Source of the DNA: Takakia lepidozioides
Taxonomy: Eukaryota > Plantae > Bryophyta
Direction of reading: 5' to 3'
Length of the DNA stretch: 64,000 nt
NCBI GenBank assembly: GCA_030704615.1
Contig: CM060731.1
Location: 91,822,001 to 91,886,000 of the forward strand
The position numbers and the translations under genes are program-made. How positions within the stretch are numbered: the stretch's first letter is position 1; every line of letters starts with the position of its first letter. The notes below the pieces were generated by a model, which did no database searches, had not been told where the DNA came from, and saw only the letters and a list, made by a program, of their open reading frames with translations. Shown here in pieces: positions 12,743 through 25,116 of the stretch.

Positions 12743-13444
12743 TCACCAAGTCGACGGAACTTCGATACCCCTCAAAACAAGCTCATCACTGTTGCGGCAC
12801 CTCGAGGTAAACTGCAATTCGGTCGTTCTGCTGCCCTTGCTGGAGCCGATGACAATGTCATGTCCATCAATGATACCACCATCATACATTGACAAGGTCA
12901 CTGTGGGCCTCATGTGCCCATGCGATTCGTCTTCGCAACTCAGCCGAATGTCTCCATACACTGGAAGAGCGGAGTGATCTGCACGTACATAGTTTTCCCC
13001 GGTGCCGTCCTCCCTGGTCCACTGGCAGCAGTTCCAGCGCCAAAGCGAGGCCGTGCGTGATCTGTCCGGCATCCCTTTCTAGCTTGGTATATTGAGGTCA
13101 ACAATTTTCAGGACCCACGGACCGCATTGACCCTCGCCCTCACCTCGCTCAAAGCGGTAATAGCCCTCCAGATACTCCATTGCGCGCAAAGACTCTTGCT
13201 TGATTCCAGCAGCGTCTGTGAAAACAGAGAGCCAGACAATGATGTCTCCTGATTCTGGTTTGAACATAGCATAATCGTGGCCATGATAAGGGCAGTCGGC
13301 TGGATTTCGGCGGCACGACATCCTTGAAAAAGAGTAGCAGAGTACGCTCAATGACAGCAGCTCCCGGATGGAGGAGGAGCAGCGCGGTGGCTGGAAAAAG
13401 TTCAAGCTAACGCTGCAATTCCTCACAAACACTCCAGGGCACAT
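12743..13444 (-). pseudogene. Unknown TE cargo protein, paralog 1 (duplicate)
   Basis: Copy of 2799-3500. Confidence 0.75.
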
Positions 13445-13604
13445 TTAAATTTCCCCCCTACAGGATCCTGGACCGATGAAGATTGGCTGCTGCATGAATG
13501 TAGCCGTTTCAGTTTCCTACCCTGCCATGCAAACTATGGGCAGTCACTGCCAGGTGGGCCGATAGCCACTGGACACGACGAAGTCCATCCCCTCTTCGAT
13601 GTAA

Positions 13605-14435
13605 ATGCGGCGCCGAATTTCCATCCGGGGGGATGGACTTCGGTGGCAGATCTCAAACTATAACTTGTTGATGAGAAAGATGTATGGGTTCATCCACCGC
13701 TGGCGTGATGAACACGTTCCACCTCCGTCGGTGGGTACGTGGGACCCATATGCTCCATTATTGGAGGCCGGACTGCTCTTCCGCTTCGCATCATTTCCAA
13801 AATCTAAGGGCTTCGTAGCTGTCCGCAAGGTCATCGGCATCCAAGTCGTCCTCAGGTCCTCCTTTGCAAGGATGCCGTGCTTCCGGAACCGGGACGACTG
13901 CCCATTTGGAGGCATCGATTATGCAATGTATTCGGCCACATCGGGAGACATTGTTATCTGGTACACAGATTACAGAGAAGATACTGGTTCGATTGTGGAA
14001 ACATTGGTGGCTTTTGAGTATATCCTAGGCCACTACGCCTTCGAGCAGGGTGACGATCTTGGTCTGAGGAGTCCGTGGCTCCTGCGCATCCTCGATTCCG
14101 ATTTTCCCAGCTACGATGGTCACCCATGCAGAAGAAGGCGCACTGCTATGCTGTTGCGGTGGAACTGCTGCCACTGGACATGGGTGGACTCCATCGGAGA
14201 GACCTATTCTCCTGAAGGAGTGCGCTCCTCTTCTCCATTGTATGGGGACATTCGCATTGGTGTGGACGACGAAAACGTGAAGATTTCCATATTCGATGGT
14301 GGTATGATTGAAGGGCAGGACATTGTGGTGAACATCACTAGGGGCGGTACAACGGCTGCAATCGACTTTACCTGGAGGAGCCCCATGACTCATGAGCTAG
14401 TTCTGAGAGCAGTCGAAGTCCCATTGACAACGTGA
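13605..14435 (+). CDS. Unknown TE cargo protein, paralog 2 (duplicate)
   Basis: Identical 276-aa translation to 3661-4491. Confidence 0.7.
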   Translation: MRRRISIRGDGLRWQISNYNLLMRKMYGFIHRWRDEHVPPPSVGTWDPYAPLLEAGLLFRFASFPKSKGFVAVRKVIGIQVVLRSSFARMPCFRNRDDCPFGGIDYAMYSATSGDIVIWYTDYREDTGSIVETLVAFEYILGHYAFEQGDDLGLRSPWLLRILDSDFPSYDGHPCRRRRTAMLLRWNCCHWTWVDSIGETYSPEGVRSSSPLYGDIRIGVDDENVKISIFDGGMIEGQDIVVNITRGGTTAAIDFTWRSPMTHELVLRAVEVPLTT

Positions 14436-16385
14436 CTTGTATTCAGTAGGCACAGGGCTAAAGATTTGATTGCACAATCAGCACAGTAGACGTGCTTCAA
14501 ATGCAATTCATGTGGATCAATAAAAACCTCATTGTGCCCTCTTTTTATTCTATTCTGTGTCCATCGTTCCGAGAATGCGTCATTGCTCATTTCGTTTGGG
14601 ATTGGGAGTGTGGGTGGATTTTGCAAGTGGCTGGTAGGCTGAAATGGGCCCCCATTGTACAGAGCAGTACCACCCTACCATTCGCGAAACATTGCCTTTC
14701 AATATATAATTCTAAATAACATTGCCGAACCTCCTTCATCGGGAGGTCCTTCTCCCCCTATGACCGTGGCACCCTAAACCCTATTCCCGCGGACACTCAT
14801 TTCCGGAAAATAGTGCTGCTCATGTTTTTTTCCACACTTACGACTCTGCTCATGGCTCATGGCTCATGAAATAGCAGCCCCCTTTGAGAGGGAGAGAGAG
14901 AGGGTTGGGAAACTAGGTGACATGAGGGCAGATATACAAGCTTGCCCTTTGGTGATGGCTATGCGCGCGGGTTTTGTGAATTGTTTGAAGGGAGTTCGTA
15001 CCAAACATCATCATATGTTGGTGTCTCCCCTCAATATGCATGACCATTGATTGACCACAGTGATTTGCACGGGCTTCGCCTACTACCAACAGTCTCTTGC
15101 AAACGTGGAAGAACAAGAGTCATTGAATGCCACCATCGACACCTTCAATGGTATGTAAACTATTTTTGAGCTCATCATCAATTCATGTGTTGGTGTTGAT
15201 TGATCATTTATTTAGGCTCATAATTTGTTTGTTAGTTATATCTTGACTTTTTGTGTCTACAGAGGACGGTTGGGAGGATGGCGTGGATGATCGAGCAGGC
15301 GCGCTTGGGCTTCTCCTCAAAGCCAACGATTACTTATATGCGAAGCTTTTGTGGGAAAACAAAGAAGAGTGGATGAAAGAAATGAGAGGACTAAAAGTAG
15401 GATGCACCCTCACAAAGTGCGTGAGGCACAGGAGCGGGCTAGAAAGAGAGTGCATGAGGAAGAAGGAACAGAAGAGGTAGAATGGGAGTTTTCCCCGGAA
15501 GAGAGAAATACAAGAGGAGATAAAGGAGGAAAAAAAGGAAAACGAGGAAGGGGAGGAAAACGAGCAAGGGGAGGAAGTTCAAGAGGAAAGAGTTCCAAGA
15601 AAGTTTAGATGATGAGACATTTCTTTGTGAACAGACACGTGATACTCAAATCAATTCCACAAATGTTTGAATGTATAATGTAATATATTTAGGTCTTATG
15701 TGGTTGTACATAAATATAACTACATATGTATAATAATATGATTACACATTCTGCCATACACATAATAAAAAATGTATATAACTTAGTTTGGAAGTGTTAT
15801 ATAAGTTTAGTTAATATTGTCTGAAGATTCCATGGTTTGGATCATATTTATAAAAGTGTATGGCTCTTCTTCATATTCATTGACACTTACACTTGCTATG
15901 TTTACACATCCCACCATACACATAAAAGAAAATGTATATAAATTAGTTTGGAAGTGTTGTATAAGTTAGTCAATATTGTCTCAAGCTTCCATGGTTTGGG
16001 TCATATTCATAAAAGTGTATGGTTCCTCTTCATGTTCATTGACACTTACACTTGCAGTCATCTTCAGATTTATGGCCCTATGTAGCTTGGATATGACACT
16101 TTCATGGACCGATACATACATCTTCCATCCATAATGAATCGCATTTTTAGAGATATATGGCCCACATGATCAACTATTGAGCTACATATATATATATATA
16201 ATGAGGAGAAAGAAGATGTACAAACAAAAATGTGCAAGGCAAAACGTTAATCATATGTAGATGGTCATTTCTTGCGAGTTGTTGATAGTGAATATCAACA
16301 TACAATGAAGTGCAAAAAATAATGTCACTTCAAATATGTGATCATGTAACATTTGCCAAAACATTAAATGAAAGTGTAGTCATGT

Positions 16386-19300
16386 TTATCTCACCGGCAA
16401 AGTAAGGTCACAATTTCGACATGATACGGTCACATCGCCCTTTTCAACTCGTGTATTTGTGAAACACACGGTACATTTCACTTTGGGAATTTTTGGAATA
16501 ATCATACGTTTTTGCTTAGACCGTGATATTATCATATGCGATGGTCGTTTAGCTTCCGGACGAGCTTGATCAACTACATCATTTTGTATTGCAGCGCGCT
16601 TCTTGGAATTGCCATGGCCCATTCGTGTCCTCCTCACATTTTCTTGTATAGCATGTATAGAACCCTTGGAGGGGAGCGATATTGTAGAAAGTCGATCGAA
16701 AGTGAAAGGTTTGGCAAGGGACGTAGTACACTCTTTTATCACCTCCATTTTACATATAAATTCTTCATCACAATAATCCTCAATTCGACTTCGTAGGTTG
16801 ACAAGCTCCAACTCCAAATCATCAATGAGTTGAAGGACTTTGGGTGCAATATGACACTCACTTGTTGTCTCCATATTAGACATTTCTTCGTCCACGTGAC
16901 ATTGGTACGTCTCATCATCCGCCATGGCCTTATTCGTCAATTTGGAAGTTGGAAAACATTCATTTGTGTTGGAATTCGATAAATATGTCTTTGCTATCAA
17001 TTGAACTCCAATGATATGTTTACATGAGCTGTACATAGACGGACAATCACAATAGTGAGAACTCAAGGACGCGTTGTACCAATGGTTTGTTGAATTTTCA
17101 CTTGTCACTTGAAATAATAATAGAGCTTGATCCACCACTTTGATGACTCCATTTGGATTTGAGTTGTATGAGTCAAATAACCGTTGACCGCCCGCCAGTC
17201 GATGACGATGAAATTTGTCATTTGCCCTTCTTGCAAATCTTCCGGAATCATCTACAATCCATGATATGCAAACATTTAGATGAAAAATGGTGAAAGTAAA
17301 AATAAAAATAAACAACACTAGTAAATTGAACAACACTTAAACATATTGCCATATATTTCGGATCATTCTTACCCATAGCTTGACATTGCTTGAAATAAGC
17401 TCTCAATGTTGGTCCACCTATGCGTGTGCCATCAGCGGCACTCCCAATGATTGCCACAATGAGGTCTCGAATGGATCGATTGACTTTGCCTCCAAGTAAC
17501 GTATATTTTATCCATTCCCAATGGCGTTCCACATGATTGGTCGTGTCCATCCCTCCATACGCAAATAGTCTTCCAAATGTTGGCCACATCTTTCTCCAAA
17601 CAAGTCCTTCATTAGCCCAACCGGTTCGTATTTATTCTTCCGCCCCTTGCAAATGCTTGAAATCATTGTAAAACTTCTCCAAGTTCGCATCAAACATAGC
17701 CTCATTGGCACAAAACATTAGTTCGTGCAAACGATGTCACAACGTCGTCCTTTCTTCGAGGGAACACGAGGTAATAGGTTTTCACTCCATGCTTTCATGA
17801 CATGGAAACGACATAAGACTACTCTTCCCGCAACTTGTTCTTTGCCAAATAATCCCATCTTTCCAACAGTATGGATCAGCCCCCACAACCGCATTAATGG
17901 AATTGACATTTGTCTTGCATTTGTTTATGACAATGGCTGAAGGTCTCACGTTCCCAATATTGGAAAACACACTTTTTAAGGCAAGCTCTATCGTCATCCC
18001 TTCTTGTCCACTATCTTTGTCTTTGGAACATTGGCATGCCACGACCCATTTGATTTGGGACAACGGCGGCATACAATGGAAGGTCATATAGATTTGTTTT
18101 GAAAGTAGAATCAAATGCCCATGATTGTCCACTAGAAAATCTTCTAGCATTAGTCGCCACAAAATCGTCTTGTATAACCGCAACAAATGGCCTTTTCCTA
18201 GGGTCGCGATGAGTGGGACAATAAGGTTGATAAAAAAATAACCTTCCTTTGTTGTTGAAGTCTAGATACTTCTACTTGAGCAGCATCCCAATCGTTGGCA
18301 CACAATGCATCTACCACAATCCACATTATAAACATCCATTATAAACATGCGAGACTCGATCGAAATATCAATTATTATGTAGGTATAAACAAATCATTCG
18401 AGCAAGAAACTTATCATTCAACCGCATTGAATAAGCCAATTGCTCCACTTCTTTAGGAATGAGGAAAAACCGGTATGTAGCATGCTCCAAGTCGGAAACC
18501 ATAGCTTGAATGTATTGGTCATCCCTCGTACTTGCAAGCGCAACCGTTGAAGTTGATACCATTCGAGTCAATTTCTCCATTGCAAAAGCAATTACATTAG
18601 CACCGGTAGAAAAAACTTGTCACCTTCAGACCCGGGACGATGTCCACTATGCTTATTATGAACATATATAGTAACTGGTTCTTCAAGATTGGTCTTCTCA
18701 CTGTCCATTTCTTCTTGTAAACGAATCACAACTTTAAGAAGAAACTCGCAATTGCATTTTTTTGATATTCTTGCCCGTCTATCATGTGACGTATCTTGTG
18801 GGGCGTTCTTGTTCCATTTTCAATTGCGTTTTCTTCCACTTCGATGACATTGAAATACCATAATGCGTTTCATCTCACGTGTCTTTGCATACTTCACACG
18901 TGTCGACACACCATGTTTCGTGCAAATTTCATCAAGGGTCATCTCCAAAGACTCTTGGGAAACATTGTAAACCTCGTCCCAAAACGACTTGTTACACACA
19001 TTACATGATGTAATACATTGTTTGACAAATGATGGTGGAATACCACCTTGTCTTCTATCACTGCTCCAAGTATTCTTTACTGTAGCAAGCGTTTGGTACA
19101 ACGGTAAGTGATTGTCACCATTTTGAATGTGAGATTCGGCAATGATGGACACCCAATTTTCCAAGCAAGGGACTTGCCTATTTTTTGCATCAATTCTCAG
19201 AACTAAACTCTTACCTCCTTCAAAATAATGCACCTTGTAGTTGCATTGAAGATTTTTCCATCTTTCAAGGGTAGCTATGGGATCATTTGCATCTATAGGA

Positions 19301-19400
19301 CGTCCATGACTTTGGGATCAACTTTACGAATACGTGCAAATGTTGGCAAAACATTTGCCTCTAGACATTCAATCATGAGGTTCCTACTTCTAGATGTAAA
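16386..19400 (-). pseudogene. MULE-type transposase pseudogene (element C), more complete copy
   Basis: As above, plus N-terminal H2C2-like motif (ESHIQNGDNHL...CITSCNVC) and WRKY/FAR1-like DBD (FQCHRSG...KKCNCEF...HNKHSGH). 5' limit approximate. Confidence 0.88.
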
Positions 19401-19479
19401 TTGAATAAATTTTGGAGAACGTTCTATCTCTATACTCCCGAAAGTGCATAGAGAAGGGTCGTCACCCATTGCAGTGCAT

Positions 19480-21110
19480 TCACTTCTTGCAACTTGCTTT
19501 CATGCTTCACCTGCATTTGGTATAGTTGTTGCTTATGTGCTTCGTGCAACTGGTCTTGCGCGAGGCCTGCCTCAATCAATTGTTCCTTGGCCAATTGCAA
19601 AGCAGCTTTTGTACTCTCTAAGTCTTGCTGTATCTTAAGAGTGACCTCCTCATCGACCTTGTTTGCACACTCAGTGGCAAGTCAAGCCTCAAACTCCTTC
19701 CTGAGTTCCTCCCTCAAAGCTGCCAATTGGGTAGTTGGAACATGGGATTTGACATAAGTGCCCAACAAATTAAGTGTCCTGCTTATGGAACTCATAAGCA
19801 TGGCCTGTTGAGGGTCATCATGGTGAGCTTGCTGCTATTCTCCCTGATCCTCAACAGTGTGATGCCTCACGAACCATTCAGGCCATTGCCCCACCAGATT
19901 TTCTTCCTGAACCACCTCATCCGCTACAGGTGCTGCAGTGTCTAGACATTCTACCTGTGGTACCTCCGTCAGAGGTGTGGGTATTACAACAACAACAGGG
20001 TTTCCCCTGGACAATCGCTGTACCTCCGGAATCACTGTTTCCGTGACCAAACCAGAATTTTCATAGAGAAGGTCCCCCTTCTCAATTTCTGCCACCACCT
20101 GTTCTGTAGTGGGGATATCTAACCCTTCTTTCTCCAAATCAATTATTTGTGGTGGAACTGCATGGACAACTTGTGGTAACTCTGTGACAAGCCGATCATC
20201 TGGCTGTGATGGCTGTGATACTGAAATACCTCCTGTTCTCTCTCAACAGGTTGCGTTGTTTGTACCCACATCTCTCTGTGCTGCTGTGCCCCCTCTTGCT
20301 CAAGAGTATGAGTAACTTCTTCCTCTGGCTGTCTCCTAGCCAATGGTTCTGCTTCTAATGTGATTGCTTTCCTCTGCCTCTTAGGCTGTTGATGCTCTGC
20401 CAATCCCCCTTCACCCTGTGAAGAACCTTGCTCTTCTATGGCAGTGGTTGCTGTCTCAAACACTCCCATCTCCTTCTTTTCTCTTGCATCAAGTATGCAC
20501 GAGTCTAGAATAATTTGTGCAATGATTGGCCCAGACACTATGATAGGAGACTTTGCGGCAGTGCCTTGTAATCTCTTCATCTCCTCTACCAGTCCGTTGT
20601 ACATTATGTCCGCCCAAGCGACCTCTTCTCCTTTCAGGGCTTTGAGTATTTCCTCTGTGAAGGATCTGCTCAAATACTGTTGGTTCTATTTCATGGCAAA
20701 CAGAACGTTCAATACCTGGCCTACCTCTCTTAGCCCTGGGTACACGGCCTTAGTACAAGCATAACCCTGAGTTTTAAAGAAACTCCCTTCTTGGAATAAG
20801 TCCCCTATTTGCAGTCTTGCCCTGTGCTCCTCCTCATGCACCTGACCTGATGGCAATTCAAACAATTGCTGTAGGTATAGGGGAGTAACTTCTAATTCAA
20901 CTCCCTTCACCGTTGTTGCTCCTGTCCTAGGCTCAAAGTTCTGCAAGAATTGTAACATGTACTGCCTATGGTGCAATGTCCAATCTTTGCTTTGCAATCC
21001 TTCTAATCGCAGCTCCTTCAGTAGCTGTACCGCCTGTGGAGTAGCAATCGTTTGTTTATGCAGGATTGTGGTGCTCTTCACCCTGATTTCTTCCATTCCT
21101 CTCACTCTCT
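19480..21110 (-). pseudogene. Retrotransposon accessory ORF (plant-mobile-domain-like N-terminus plus coiled coil), fragmented
   Basis: Collinear ORF pieces 20686-21240, 20143-20673, 19835-20137 (LQFLQNF...VKGVELEVTPLYLQQLFELP; EVAWADIMYNGL). Same strand as, and downstream of, the gypsy integrase. Confidence 0.45.
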
Positions 21111-21129
21111 TCATTCTAGACCCACAGAA

Positions 21130-22170
21130 AGGTTTTGGCTGTAACGATTGAAGAAATGCCTGCAGGGCAACACATTGGAGGAAGGGTGTTTGGTGTGCAA
21201 AGTGCCAGAATGAAGGCCATACCACCACTGAATGCCACATGAAGGAGAAACACTGTACTATCTGTAAAATGGATAACCATTCTACTGAGAATTGTTACTA
21301 CAACAGAAGGACAACAGCCAGAGAACCTAGGCAAGTAAGGGTGCATCAAGTGCAGCCCCAGCCAAGAAGAAACAGTGATCAGGACCACTATGGTAGCCTG
21401 GTGTTATAACAATGGCATGGAAGGGAGAGGTAATTCAAGAGGGAATTACCAAGGAAATTCCAGAGGCAACTATCAGGGTAATCCAAGGGGGAATTACCAG
21501 CTAGGGAATCAGGATTACAGAAATAATCCAAGAGCAGACCAAGGGCGAGGACCCAATGGTGAAGAACTGTGTTACTATTATAATCAGCCAGGACATCGCA
21601 AGGCAGCCTGTTCATTCTGGATTAGACACCAGAATGAGATGAGAGCTCCTGTGAATGAGGGCCCAATGGTGGCAGCTCACATGGTTAGGCCATGTGTTGT
21701 ACCAGAAGTAAGTACAATGATAGTAACAAGAAGCAAAGCCAAACTAATACCTCCAGTAGTTGAGGAAGATGATGATAATGAAGGTGGCAGTGATATGCCT
21801 GAAGATGATGAGGCTTGGAGAGATGAGAAGGAACTGCACAAGGAAGTGGCAGATACCATAAGGGAAATGCAGAAGAGTACTGATATTCCTGTGGCAGATT
21901 CCTCTGATTCTGATGGAGAAGAAAAAGTGAGTGAGGATGAAAGGAAGAAAGAAGTTGCAGACATGCAAAGTAATGAAGGGACTTTGGCTGAAGTAATATG
22001 CCAGACCAAAATAGAGATTACCATTGGACAGCTATTGACTGTGGCACCTTATTGTAGGCACAGGCTGTATGATTTGCATGTTGAAACGCAGAAGCAGTCA
22101 CGGGCTGCGCCAGTGGTACCAACGGAGTATGGAGCACTTGTCGCTAGGACGAGTATATATGACCAAGGCG
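21130..22170 (+). pseudogene. Ty3/gypsy gag C-terminal fragment (zinc knuckles), inverted relative to flanking retro ORFs
   Basis: WCAKCQNEGHTTTEC and HCTICKMDNHSTENC (CX2CX4HX4C) at ~21190-21300, GNSRGNYQ repeats, degenerate knuckle CYYYNQPGHRKAAC, pre-protease motif ITIGQLLTVAP. Confidence 0.75.
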
Positions 22171-22184
22171 GGCAGTACAAGCAT

Positions 22185-22465
22185 GACACAGCCTATCATA
22201 GCCCATCACAGCCCATCACGACGCAACACAGCCTATCACAACCCATCAAGGCGCGACACAGCCTATCACAGCCCATCAAGGCGCGACACAGCCTATCACA
22301 GCCGAACACGACACGGCACAGCCTATCACAACCCATCACGGTGTCACGCAGCCTATCACAACCTACCACGGCGTGTCACAGCCTATCACAGCTTACCACA
22401 GTGCCACACAGCCTATCACAGCGTACCACAGTATGATACAGCCTGTCACAGCTCAACACAGCTTA
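22185..22465 (+). repeat. ~30-bp tandem repeat (cacagcctatcacagcccatcacggcgcga-like), LTR-associated
   Basis: About 9 units. The related cacagcc-rich array occurs in reverse orientation inside the LTR at 30260-30470. Confidence 0.8.
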
Positions 22466-23265
22466 CTGGGGTTACACAGTCCATAGAATCCGTGACAGGT
22501 GGACGTGGGTTAACATCCGGACAGTGGCCGGCGGAAAAGTGGACGGAGGCACGTTTAGAAATGGACACGTGGACGCCAGGGCAAAACACACAGCCGGACA
22601 TGGATTGCAAAGGCGAGTGTCATCAAGGAAGAAGACAAAATTGGCCGTCAAAGTACCTACCCGGCACATTAACTTATTATGGGCCCATTAATGAATACGG
22701 GGAAAGGGTAACGGAACCCTTTAAAAGTACCGAAAAGCGAAATCCATGTCACATGTGCTATCCTAGTGGACAGTCCAAAGTGGAAAATCCATGGAAGGAA
22801 ATTAAATCTAAAATCCAGTCACAACAGTTACAGCCAATCATAAGCTAGAAGCAGGATCAAGAAATTGGAGGAATTTTAAGCGCAAGAGTCGGCATCGTTC
22901 CAAGTAACGGGCGTCTCGACGGGACAGACCATTAATGCTATAGCTTTGAAGCTATGGAGGAACTAACAGACTATACACTCGCGATACTACTTACGCAGTG
23001 GCACGGGGATAGAAGAATAGAGAGTATCTATTCTCTTAATCGATGCTTGCAAGCCCCGCAGGCTTACAAGAAATTATCCATAGCATTTTGTGGCAACCAT
23101 ATGTTAAAAGTCTTTAACTTCCCTTCATCAAATTGATCCTTCTTCTTCATCTGAATTATGGTCATGTTGTCAGCTACATCAGCACGTACTTCTTCCACAT
23201 GGTATAATTCATGTTTCCTGACCTTAATTGAATCTTCTAATTCCATTCTTCCCCCCATTCAGTTC

Positions 23266-25116
23266 TCATGGTAGGTAACAAAACTCCACTGGAAGTAAAG
23301 CTTCCATACCATAAACTAATTGGAATGGTGTATACTTAGTGGTGACTTTATATGAAGTCATGTATGACCATAAAGCTGTCAGCAGCTTTGTATCCCAATC
23401 TGTTCTGTTCGCATTGACTATCTTAGCCAAGATAGTACATAGTATTTTGTTGGTAGCCTCTGCCTGTCCATTACCCTGTGGGTAATAGGTTGTACTCTTC
23501 TTATGCACAATCATGAACTCCTTAGTCAAAAGTTCTATGGTCTCATTAATGAAGTGACTTCCCTGGTCACTGATAAATTCCAGGGGACAACCAAAATGTT
23601 TAAGTATGTTCTCATACAGGAACCTGGCTGTGGACTTAGCTGTGTTGTCCCTCAGAGCTTTAGCTTCCACCCACTTTGTAGTATAATCAGTGGCTGTGAT
23701 TATATACTTGTTCTGTGTATTCTTGGCTGGTGGGTTTATTGGTCCAACAAAGTCCAGTCCCCATTTCTGAAATGGTTCAGTAGGCATTGTAGGATGCAAA
23801 GCCATCTTTCCAGATCTCTGCAATGGTCCTAGCCTCTGACACTCATCACAAGTTTTACAATACTTGTGTACATCCCTGAACAAAGTAGGCCACCGGTAAC
23901 CGGCAAGTAGTATCTTCCTACTGGTAGTCTCTTCTCCAAAATGACCTCCCGCCACTCCTTTATGAACTTCCTCCAAAACTTTATTTACTTCATGGTGGTA
24001 CAAGCATCGTTTCAGTACTCCATCAGGTCCAAGTTTGTACATTCTGCCCCCTACCATAGTATAAGGTAGAGCCTTGATAGCAATTCTCTTCCTCTGCTCC
24101 TTTCCAAAACTTGGTGGGCACTGACCATGAGCAAGGTAGTATCTGATTGGCCATTGCCAATCTAACCAGTCATCTACACTTCTCTGCACCTCCACTGCAA
24201 ATAAACTCGCATCTGGTAATTGGTCGTCTACTCCTATGGCTGGCTCTCCTGTGGATAAGCGTGACAAGTGGTCTGCCACAAGATGGAATCGACCAGGCTT
24301 GTACACAACCTCAAACTCAAACTCGTGCAAGATGGCATACTTCTTCAAGATTTCTTCTAATCTTTTCTCATAGTTATCCCTCTTCAACTTCTCCTTTCTC
24401 TTACTCTTCCTTTTCAGTTCTTGCTTGTCTTCTTCATCTGACTCATCCTCAGAGTCCTCATCATCCCTTTTCTCTCTCCTGAGCATTCCCAATTGCTCAA
24501 TTCTGTTTGCAGTTTCAAATGCCTCCTCCACTGTATTATGGGGTAACATATCCACTTTCTTCTGCAACTCTGGTCTTAGTCCACTCACAAACCAAGTCTT
24601 CTGTAAACCTGGTGCTGGTACAGCAGCCAGCTTTTTCATCATCAATTCCATCTTTTCCATATACTCCTCAATAGTTTCATGCTTCTTTTGCTTTAACTGT
24701 TGTAAGCTTCCATACACTTCATCCTCAGTTTTACTTGTCCTGAACCTATTTCGGAATGCTGTATTCAAGCCATTCCAGGTTAGGAAATGATTATCAGGGA
24801 ATCTTGCATACCATTCACTTGCTTTCTTGATAAGTGAACAAGGAAACAATCTCATCTTGGCATCATCGCCATTCTCATTGTTCACTATACACATGTGCTC
24901 AAATTGGCTAATGTGTACATCGGGATCCCCTTTTCCTGAATATATTGGGAAATGTGGTTTTGCCCGTGTTGGTTGTAACGCCATCTGTGGCCCTACTTTC
25001 TGCCCACTGACAGGTGCTAGCACCCTTGCTGGTGCTGGTCCTTGAGGACCTGTTGTAGTTCTGGTGGATCTTCCACCTAGTGGTGGCCACTGAGCACTCC
25101 CTGCTACTGGCCCCAC
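23266..25116 (-). CDS. Ty3/gypsy gag fused in frame to RNase H tail plus integrase (PR/RT absent)
   Basis: Gag: YSGKGDPDVHISQF, LFPCSLIKKASEWY, QKKHETIEEY. Then EFEFEVVYKPGRFHLVADHLSRL, H2C2 (VH..GGHFG..CKTCDEC), rve WGLDFVGP, ISDQGSHF, PQGNGQAEATNK. Integrase tail continues to ~23080 past a stop. Confidence 0.92.
   Translation of the reverse strand: MGPVAGSAQWPPLGGRSTRTTTGPQGPAPARVLAPVSGQKVGPQMALQPTRAKPHFPIYSGKGDPDVHISQFEHMCIVNNENGDDAKMRLFPCSLIKKASEWYARFPDNHFLTWNGLNTAFRNRFRTSKTEDEVYGSLQQLKQKKHETIEEYMEKMELMMKKLAAVPAPGLQKTWFVSGLRPELQKKVDMLPHNTVEEAFETANRIEQLGMLRREKRDDEDSEDESDEEDKQELKRKSKRKEKLKRDNYEKRLEEILKKYAILHEFEFEVVYKPGRFHLVADHLSRLSTGEPAIGVDDQLPDASLFAVEVQRSVDDWLDWQWPIRYYLAHGQCPPSFGKEQRKRIAIKALPYTMVGGRMYKLGPDGVLKRCLYHHEVNKVLEEVHKGVAGGHFGEETTSRKILLAGYRWPTLFRDVHKYCKTCDECQRLGPLQRSGKMALHPTMPTEPFQKWGLDFVGPINPPAKNTQNKYIITATDYTTKWVEAKALRDNTAKSTARFLYENILKHFGCPLEFISDQGSHFINETIELLTKEFMIVHKKSTTYYPQGNGQAEATNKILCTILAKIVNANRTDWDTKLLTALWSYMTSYKVTTKYTPFQLVYGMEALLPVEFCYLP

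Larger units (their letters stand above)
9147..14882. mobile_element. Right part of Mutator-like element A, copy 2
   Basis: Same content as 1-4938. TIR end gctcatgaaatagcagccccc at 14862-14882, followed by tttgagagg (candidate TSD; partner not in window). Confidence 0.88.
9147..19090. repeat. Tandem segmental duplication, copy 2 (9944-bp unit)
   Basis: About ten substitutions versus copy 1 over ~7 kb (e.g. ccatggc/ccagggc, gcgtaga/gcttaga, ccttggg/cctaggg). The left junction fuses a MULE transposase to an intron of the MTase gene. Confidence 0.97.

Noticed and set aside
22069-22848. 259-aa ORF with TAYHS repeats
   Set aside because: It is read through a 30-bp tandem repeat of LTR-like DNA and is probably spurious.
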